From: Lachnospiraceae bacterium
GTDB taxonomy: Bacteria > Bacillota > Clostridia > Lachnospirales > Lachnospiraceae
NCBI GenBank assembly: GCA_900770345.1
Contig: CAAGKF010000073.1
Coordinates: 529-64,528 of the forward strand
Direction of reading: 5' to 3'
DNA length: 64,000 bases
Positions 57,715 to 64,000 of the stretch are shown one piece after another. Position 1 is the first letter of the stretch, and each line of letters opens with the position of its first letter. The notes below the pieces were generated by a model that was not told the DNA's origin, searched no databases, and saw nothing but the letters and a program-made list of their open reading frames with translations. Both the position numbers and the translations under genes were made by a program.

Positions 57715-57752
57715 AAGGACAGCGAGAAAGGTCTTGTCCAGTCTCGCTGCCT
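57715..57752 (-). terminator. Stem-loop / partial terminator after the SBP gene
   Basis: CAGCGAGA...TCTCGCTG inverted repeat followed by CCTTTT on the minus strand. Confidence 0.5.
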
Positions 57753-57791
57753 GTCTTAATTTCTGTAAAATTATCGTAATATCTCAGACGA

Positions 57792-58853
57792 TTACTCCTC
57801 GATAGCTACATAGTCATCCGGTACTGTAACACCCAGAGCCTCACAGATAGCCGTATTGTACTTCTTGGTAAACTGCGGAGCGTACTCAATCGGCATCTCA
57901 GAAATATTGGACTCGCCTGTCAGGATCTTTGCTGCCATCTTGCCGGTAGCAACACCCAGATCATAGTAGCTGATAGACAGAGTAGCAACGCCGCATCCGG
58001 AGCAGATGCCTTCCTCGCCCGCGATCACAGGAACACCTGCAGGCTGGCAGATATTGTTTACGATCTCGGTATTGGCGGCAACCGTGTTGTCCGTAGGAAC
58101 GTAGATCACATCGCTGGCCTCCGCAGCCTTGGTTGCGATCGTGGAAAGGTCATTGGAATCAGAGAATGCGTAGTACTCGCAGGTATATCCCAGTTTTTCC
58201 AGAGCAGCCTTAACCGTATCTACCTGATACTGGGAATTTGCCTCTGCGGAGCAGTACAGAAGACCAACATTCTTTGCATCCGGGAACAGCTCATGAAGCA
58301 TTGCTGCCTGCTCATCCAGAGGAGCCAGATCAGAGGTACCGGAAATATTTCCGCCTACAGTTCCGTCAAAATCATCAATGCCGAGAGCAACGCCGTACTC
58401 GGTAACAGAGGTTCCCAGAACAGGGATCTCATTGGTTCCTGCCTGTGCAGCCTGCAGTGCAGGAGTCGCATTTGCCAGGATCAGATCTACATTGGAGGAA
58501 ACAAAGCTGTTGATAATAGTAGAGCAGGTGTTGGAATCACCCTGGGCATTCTGCTCATCAAAGGTAACGGCATCACCCAGCTCTTCTGTCAGCGCATCCT
58601 TAAAGCCCTGTGTGGCCGCATCCAGCGCAACATGCTGTACCAGCTGGCAGATGCCGACTGTATAGGTCTTTCCGTCAGCAGCCTCTGCAGCAGTCTCCTC
58701 TGCTTTTGCTTCCGTTGTCTCTGCAGCTGCTTCGGTAGATGCAGCTGTTGTTGCTGCTGCTGTTGTCTCTGCAGGCTTGCTGCCGCAGGCTGTCATGGAC
58801 AGAGCCATCACGCCGGCCAGAGCGAGAGACAGAAGCTTAGATGTCTTTTTCAT
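57792..58853 (-). CDS. ABC substrate-binding lipoprotein (TrpX-like, putative aromatic amino acid uptake)
   Basis: Lipobox MTAC, QLVQHVALDAA, NAQGD, PTDNT; start MKKTSK. Confidence 0.85.
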   Translation of the reverse strand: MKKTSKLLSLALAGVMALSMTACGSKPAETTAAATTAASTEAAAETTEAKAEETAAEAADGKTYTVGICQLVQHVALDAATQGFKDALTEELGDAVTFDEQNAQGDSNTCSTIINSFVSSNVDLILANATPALQAAQAGTNEIPVLGTSVTEYGVALGIDDFDGTVGGNISGTSDLAPLDEQAAMLHELFPDAKNVGLLYCSAEANSQYQVDTVKAALEKLGYTCEYYAFSDSNDLSTIATKAAEASDVIYVPTDNTVAANTEIVNNICQPAGVPVIAGEEGICSGCGVATLSISYYDLGVATGKMAAKILTGESNISEMPIEYAPQFTKKYNTAICEALGVTVPDDYVAIEE

Positions 58854-58906
58854 AATAAAATCTCCCTCTTTCAAACAGTGATATTATCCTTCGCAGGATT
58901 TATATT

Positions 58907-58935
58907 ATCATACTACAAAAAAATATCCCCGTCAA
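58907..58935 (-). promoter_or_regulatory. SigA promoter of the ABC importer
   Basis: TTGACG-N17-TATGAT. Confidence 0.75.
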
Positions 58936-59005
58936 TTTCATTACTTTGAAATCAAAAAAATTTAAAGTGGTAAAGTGTATTTTTTTCAGTACAATCCGTG
59001 CATAT

Positions 59006-60400
59006 CTACTGTTCTCTCATGGGAATGCTTACCACAAACTCAGATCCTTTCTCCAGCTCGGATGTGACCCGGATGGTGCCGTGATAAAAATTCACGATGT
59101 GCTTTACAATGGAAAGTCCCAGTCCCGTTCCGCCCTGTTTCCGGCTGCGCCCCTTATCCACACGGTAAAACCGTTCAAAGATCCGGTCCAGACTTTCGGA
59201 AGGAATGCCCATGCCGTTATCCTTCACCCGGATCATCATATTTCCGTCCTGTTCACGGATATTGACCCAGACCTGACCTCCGGGATGATTATATTTTACC
59301 GCATTGCTGATCAGGTTGGACAAAAGCTCCTTCATCTGCTGCACATTCGCCCTCAGGCAGAGCGGCTGGCAGTCCACATGGATAAATACCTGGCTGACAG
59401 CAGCCGCTGGCTTCAGGCTTTCAATGATATCCTCAAGCAGAACGCTGATGCGCACATCGGTTTTTACCACCTCCGCGTCCTTGGCCTCCAGCCTTGATAT
59501 CATCAGGATGTCATTGATCAGGCCAGTCATATTGACGGCCTCCTTCTTGATGCGGCCCGCGAAATCCTGCTTCATGGCCTCATCCTGGATCATCCCGCTC
59601 TCCAGAAGCTCCGCGTAGCCCTGGATGGAGGTAATGGGCGTCTTCAGCTCGTGGGAGGCATTGCTGAAAAATTCCTGGCGTATCTGCTTCTCCTTCTCAA
59701 TCTGACTCAGATACTCCTTCACATTCTGTGACATTTTCATGGTAGTCTCGGAAATCACATTCAGTTCGGGATAGCGGCACCGCTCAAAATGCAGCTCCGT
59801 ATAATCCCCCTTGACTTTTAACATTTCTTTTGAAATGTCGCTTAAAGGCTTTGTGATGGTGGATACAAACCGCTCTGACACAACCACAGAACAGATCAGT
59901 GCCGCCATAAAGCTTACCAGAGCCGCCGGCAGCAGCATGGGCAGGTACTCCTGCATGCCCGAATAAGGGACCGCGATGCGCAGCACCATATCCGCATACT
60001 CCGAACGGCATGCCACATACAGCATCGTGATCTTAAGCGTACTGGAATACCTTCTGGCAAAGCCTTCCCCGCCGGCAATGGCATCCTGTATCTCTTCCCG
60101 GCTCAGATGATTGTCCAGGCTTTCCGCCCGGGCATCCGTATCCGCCACCACTGTTCCGTCCGTCCGAACCAGCGTCACCCTGCTGGAATCTCTGTTTGTA
60201 AACTGCTTCAGGCGCTCCATCTGGTCTGCCAGATCCCCGTCATATTCCAGCACGCTGTCGATGGAACGGACCGTATAGATCATCTCTTCCCTGGTCCGTT
60301 TCAGAATGATATCGCTGCTGGCAATGTAAAAGATCACGCTGTTAATGCACAGCGCTGTCAGAAGCATAAGTATGAATCTCTGCAGTATGGCTTTGCGCAT
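59006..60400 (-). CDS. PhoR-like sensor histidine kinase
   Basis: Two TM, DNHLSREEI sensor motif, NASHELKTP, FERFYRVDKGRS, GGTGLGL. Confidence 0.9.
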   Translation of the reverse strand: MRKAILQRFILMLLTALCINSVIFYIASSDIILKRTREEMIYTVRSIDSVLEYDGDLADQMERLKQFTNRDSSRVTLVRTDGTVVADTDARAESLDNHLSREEIQDAIAGGEGFARRYSSTLKITMLYVACRSEYADMVLRIAVPYSGMQEYLPMLLPAALVSFMAALICSVVVSERFVSTITKPLSDISKEMLKVKGDYTELHFERCRYPELNVISETTMKMSQNVKEYLSQIEKEKQIRQEFFSNASHELKTPITSIQGYAELLESGMIQDEAMKQDFAGRIKKEAVNMTGLINDILMISRLEAKDAEVVKTDVRISVLLEDIIESLKPAAAVSQVFIHVDCQPLCLRANVQQMKELLSNLISNAVKYNHPGGQVWVNIREQDGNMMIRVKDNGMGIPSESLDRIFERFYRVDKGRSRKQGGTGLGLSIVKHIVNFYHGTIRVTSELEKGSEFVVSIPMREQ

Positions 60401-60418
60401 AGTTGCCTCCCGGTCCTT

Positions 60419-61105
60419 TTAATTTTCCGGCCTGATCAGACGATATCCCACGCCGCGCACCGTCTTGATGCAGGCTCCGCCTTCCTCCCCCAGCTTCTGA
60501 CGCAGGGTACGGATATGCATGTCCAGCGTTCTGGTCTCTCCGTCGTACTCATAGCCCCAGACCTGATTCAGAAGCTCGTCCCGGGTCACAACACGGGACT
60601 GGTTCTCCAGCAGATAAACCAGAAGCTCAAATTCCTTTAATGTCAGCTCCGGCCTATTTCCAAAGCTGGTAACCTCCCGGATCTTTTTATTTACTGAAAT
60701 GCCCTGATAACTCAGCACATCTCTGTCATCCTCGCGCTTTGCTCTGCGCAGCAGGCTGCGTATGCGCGCCGACAGTTCCAGGACTCCGAAAGGCTTTACC
60801 ATGTAGTCGTCCGCACCGCAGTCCAGCCCCACGACCTTGTCCAGCTCCTTTTCCTTTGCGGTAAGAAGCATAATGGGCAGGTCACCTGCACAGCTGCTCT
60901 GCCGGATCTGCTTGATGGCGGTAATACCGTCCATTCCCGGAAGCATCCAGTCAAAAATAACCAGAGACGGTTTTTCCTCCTCGATCCGCGCCAGTCCTTC
61001 TTCCGCGGTTTCAAAGCCCTCCGCCTCGTAACCAAAGCCCTCCAGAGCGATTTTTAAAAGATTCCGGATATTTTCATCATCTTCTACAATATAAATCTTA
61101 TCCAT
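60419..61105 (-). CDS. PhoP/PhoB-like OmpR-family response regulator
   Basis: VEDD, DWMLPGMDG, GADDY, RTLDMHIRTLRQKL, TVRGVGY. Confidence 0.92.
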   Translation of the reverse strand: MDKIYIVEDDENIRNLLKIALEGFGYEAEGFETAEEGLARIEEEKPSLVIFDWMLPGMDGITAIKQIRQSSCAGDLPIMLLTAKEKELDKVVGLDCGADDYMVKPFGVLELSARIRSLLRRAKREDDRDVLSYQGISVNKKIREVTSFGNRPELTLKEFELLVYLLENQSRVVTRDELLNQVWGYEYDGETRTLDMHIRTLRQKLGEEGGACIKTVRGVGYRLIRPEN

Positions 61106-61196
61106 ATTGTTAATGTCCTGCCTTTCTCAGCTTATCCCCATAATATTTTTCCCGGCCTCAGCAGGCAAAGAGACACTCCTTTGTCCGCCAAGGGTA

Positions 61197-61257
61197 TGTA
61201 AACAGCATACCAAATGCAGGTAAATTCCGCCCCATTATAATGTAAAGTTTATGTAAA
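61197..61257 (-). promoter_or_regulatory. Pho-box-like direct repeats upstream of the response regulator
   Basis: TTTACA at 61257, 61246 and 61202, and TTTACC at 61224, all on an 11-bp grid; TGG-TATGCT extended -10 at 61209-61204. Confidence 0.55.
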
Positions 61258-61258
61258 A

Positions 61259-62254
61259 TTATAGAATATCTTTATAAACCCGCAGCACATTTTTATAAAA
61301 TACGTCTTCGATCTCGGAAGAGGTAAAGCCCGCATTCCGCATAGCCCTTTCCAGCATGGGAAGACAGGATGCATCCTTCATCTCCAGCTGACAGGTAATG
61401 CCGTCAAAATCAGAACCCAGCCCCATACACTGGACGCCTCCAATGTTTTTTATGTACTTCATATGCTCTACCATATCGGAGATCCTGCTGAGATTTTCCT
61501 CCCCTGGTTTACTGTCACGCAGAAAACCGGCAAAATAATTGATCCCCATGACGCCGCCCCGTTCGGAAAGCTTCCGGATCATCTCATCTGTCAGATTCCT
61601 GGGATGGGATGCCAGTGCCCTGGCATTGGAATGGCTGGCCACAAAAGGCCTGGTGGTATGGGCAAACACATCCCAGATGCCTGCATCATTTAAATGAGAG
61701 ATATCGATGATCATTCCCAGCCGTTCCATCTCCTCCACAAAACGGATACCTGTGGCTGTCAGGCCATTTTCCGTATCCGGCACGCTGCAGAAGCTTCCGT
61801 CAGCCGCCTTTATCCGCCTGTTCGGGAAGGCCAGTTCATTTGGATAGTTCCATGTCAGCGTCATCATGCGGACGCCAAGACGGTAAAACACACGCAAAAA
61901 CTCCAGACTGCCCTGGCAGGCGCCGCCCTCCTCAATAGTCAGAAGCGCCGACATCTTCCCTGCCTTCCAGTTCTCCTCGATCTCCTTCCAGCAGGTAACC
62001 ATTCCGATCCTGTCCCGGTTTGCATCCATTTCCCGGTAAAAACAGTCCAGAAGCTTCATACAGTATTCAAAGGGCCGCTCTCCCGCCCGTTCCAGATTCA
62101 CAAAAAGAGCAAAATTCTGAATGCCGTAATCTCCCGCTTTCATCTTGTTCAGGTCTATCATCAGATCATTTTCCAAAAGAGAACCCTGCTCCCCGGCCTC
62201 CTGACGGTTATAGAGTCTCAAAACCGTATCACAATGCATATCAATTACTTTCAT
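61259..62254 (-). CDS. Membrane dipeptidase family (M19) peptidase
   Basis: DMHCD, LTIEEG, TLTWN, DISH, ASHSN, GLGSDFDG. Confidence 0.93.
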   Translation of the reverse strand: MKVIDMHCDTVLRLYNRQEAGEQGSLLENDLMIDLNKMKAGDYGIQNFALFVNLERAGERPFEYCMKLLDCFYREMDANRDRIGMVTCWKEIEENWKAGKMSALLTIEEGGACQGSLEFLRVFYRLGVRMMTLTWNYPNELAFPNRRIKAADGSFCSVPDTENGLTATGIRFVEEMERLGMIIDISHLNDAGIWDVFAHTTRPFVASHSNARALASHPRNLTDEMIRKLSERGGVMGINYFAGFLRDSKPGEENLSRISDMVEHMKYIKNIGGVQCMGLGSDFDGITCQLEMKDASCLPMLERAMRNAGFTSSEIEDVFYKNVLRVYKDIL

Positions 62255-62320
62255 GGAAATCTCCCTCTTCCTTCTGTGGTTTTGCAGCAGTCATCCGCCG
62301 CATCTTTTATTCCCAACACA

Positions 62321-62349
62321 AGTCTATACGCAATCCATCCATCTGTCAA
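62321..62349 (-). promoter_or_regulatory. SigA promoter of the dipeptidase gene
   Basis: TTGACA-N17-TAGACT. Confidence 0.65.
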
Positions 62350-62393
62350 TCTTGGTTTTTTTTACGTAATTTTAACAAAAAGCTACAATTTTA

Positions 62394-62423
62394 TTGAAAG
62401 AAAGTAATGCACAGTGCTATAAT
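62394..62423 (+). promoter_or_regulatory. SigA promoter of the DUF1576-like gene
   Basis: TTGAAA-N18-TATAAT with TGn extension. Confidence 0.65.
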
Positions 62424-62482
62424 ATTTTCAAATTACAGCGCAGAAATTTCGATAATAAAGCTGAATATCGGGGGAATGGAGT

Positions 62483-63925
62483 ATGAAAAAAAAATCGGTA
62501 ACCAACAGTCAGATCATCAACGGCGTCGCTCTGGGTTTTTCCTGCTTTTTTCTGGCAGCCGCCCTGGCAGCAGCTTTTTACGCCGATGAGTGGGGATCCA
62601 TCCTTTCCAGCTGGTATCTGATCCTGATCTCCCCCTGTCCTCTTGTGACCGATTATTTTTCCATCGGCAGCCTGGCCAGCTCCTTTCTCAACGCCGGAGC
62701 CTGCGGTTTGGTCTGCGCTCTTTTCATGATATGCTTAAAGGGCGAATCCCATGCCAATACCATGGCCGGATATTTCCTGGTAGTTGCACACTGCTTTTAC
62801 GGTCTGAATTTTTTAAATATGTGGCCCTGCCTTCTGGCGCCCTTTATATATCTGCACCACAAAAAGCTGGATTTTAAGAACAACCTTCACGTCTGCATGT
62901 TCGCCACCTCCTTCGGTCCCTTTATCAGCGAATTTCTGTTCCGCTACACCCAGGGAGCTGACTTTGTATTCGGTCATGCCAATCTCACTCTTTCCGGCGT
63001 GGTGCTGGCTCTGCTCTTCAGTCTGATGCTTGGATATGTCATCCCGGCTATCCTCCCCGGAGCCAAAGCCTGGCATAAAGGCTATAATCTCTACAACGGA
63101 GGACTGGCCTTCGGCCTGTTCGGATTTTTCCTCTATAACTTTATGTACAAAACCATGGGGATCCTGTCCCCCGGCAGACTGGTCTATGACAATCCGGTAT
63201 ATGTTAATCACGGCCACTCCTACCGGCTTTTTGCCACAGTTTTTTTTCTGATACTGTTCGGCAGCTGCATCCTCATCGGCTATATCCTGAACGGAAGGTC
63301 CTTTAAAGGCTACCGCAACCTGCTAAAGGATACAGGATATGCCAGCAATTTCGCAGAACGCTACGGCATGCCCCTGTGCCTGGTGAATATCGGCTGCTGC
63401 GGCCTGCTTTTTCTTGCTTATCTCCAGCTGATCATAACCTTCACTCTGGGCGCCGGCTTTACAGGCCCCACCATAGGCGTGGTTCTGGCTGCTCTCACCT
63501 TCACCGCCATCGGCCAGCACCCGAAGAATATCTGGCCTATCATGGCGGGCTACCAGCTTTTGTATTTTGTCACGATTCTTCTCTGCCACATCAACGGCCG
63601 TGAACTGACCTGGTCTATTTCCACCCAGGGTTATATCAACGGCGTGGCCTTCGCCACCGGCCTCTGTCCCATCGTAGGACGCTACGGGATCCGGGCAGGC
63701 ATGGCAGCCGGATTTATGTGTGCCTCCATGTGCACTGCCACCAGCGCGCTTCACGGCGGCTTCGTTCTTTACAACGGCGGCTTTACCGCAGGCATCACAG
63801 CCATGATCCTGCTGCCCATTCTGGAGCACTACGTTCCTCAGGTCCGCACGGAAATGAAGCGGATCAATCTGCGCGCCATGATCACGCTGGAGGAGGATAA
63901 TCCTCCGGTTAAGAAGGACAAATGA
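62483..63925 (+). CDS. Polytopic membrane protein, DUF1576-like (internally duplicated)
   Basis: LVTDYF, paired motifs FATSFGP/FATGLCP and HKGYNLYNGG/HGGFVLYNGG. Confidence 0.75.
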   Translation: MKKKSVTNSQIINGVALGFSCFFLAAALAAAFYADEWGSILSSWYLILISPCPLVTDYFSIGSLASSFLNAGACGLVCALFMICLKGESHANTMAGYFLVVAHCFYGLNFLNMWPCLLAPFIYLHHKKLDFKNNLHVCMFATSFGPFISEFLFRYTQGADFVFGHANLTLSGVVLALLFSLMLGYVIPAILPGAKAWHKGYNLYNGGLAFGLFGFFLYNFMYKTMGILSPGRLVYDNPVYVNHGHSYRLFATVFFLILFGSCILIGYILNGRSFKGYRNLLKDTGYASNFAERYGMPLCLVNIGCCGLLFLAYLQLIITFTLGAGFTGPTIGVVLAALTFTAIGQHPKNIWPIMAGYQLLYFVTILLCHINGRELTWSISTQGYINGVAFATGLCPIVGRYGIRAGMAAGFMCASMCTATSALHGGFVLYNGGFTAGITAMILLPILEHYVPQVRTEMKRINLRAMITLEEDNPPVKKDK

Positions 63926-64000
63926 TTTAAGGGTTTTTTCACTGTTATCACTGCCAAAAACGGAGCTGCTGCTCCGACAGCTTTCTCAGCCGCCGGAACA

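Noticed and set aside
63956..64000. CGGAGC-TGCT-GCTCCG hairpin at the right edge
   Set aside because: No U-tract on the plus strand and the context is cut by the window end; cannot be classified.

Overview
Chromosomal segment of a spore-forming-type Firmicute, most likely Lachnospiraceae/Clostridium cluster XIVa (inferred from gene order and protein style). Most genes are on the minus strand. Left to right: (1) a glycosaminoglycan-disaccharide utilisation operon (PTS IIA, GH88 ugl, IIB, IIC, IID, and a heparinase II/III-family lyase running off the left edge); (2) an ogt alkyltransferase cassette; (3) only the 5' half of the sporulation sigma factor gene sigK, broken at the position where the B. 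subtilis skin element inserts; (4) an LTA-synthase-like gene, a ZTP-riboswitch-controlled split purH pair, a MacB-type ABC system, pyrBI and serS; (5) the conserved priA-def-fmt-rsmB-rlmN-stp-pknB-rsgA-rpe-thiN cluster; (6) a YesMN-type-regulated sugar ABC/amidohydrolase locus interrupted by an antisense nucleoside hydrolase gene; (7) MATE, M18 peptidase, murF, murE, fhs, ftsK, tepA, an SH3/NlpC-P60 hydrolase, an aromatic amino acid-type ABC importer, a PhoPR-like pair, an M19 dipeptidase and a DUF1576-like membrane protein. Best lead: a putative skin-like sigK-intervening element starting at about 7056 and extending left. It may carry ogt and the whole GAG catabolic operon as cargo. The ogt and nucleoside hydrolase genes each look like self-contained promoter+gene cassettes bounded by imperfect direct repeats. 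No rRNA, tRNA, CRISPR array, transposase or recombinase is visible. The sigK 3' half is not in the window.
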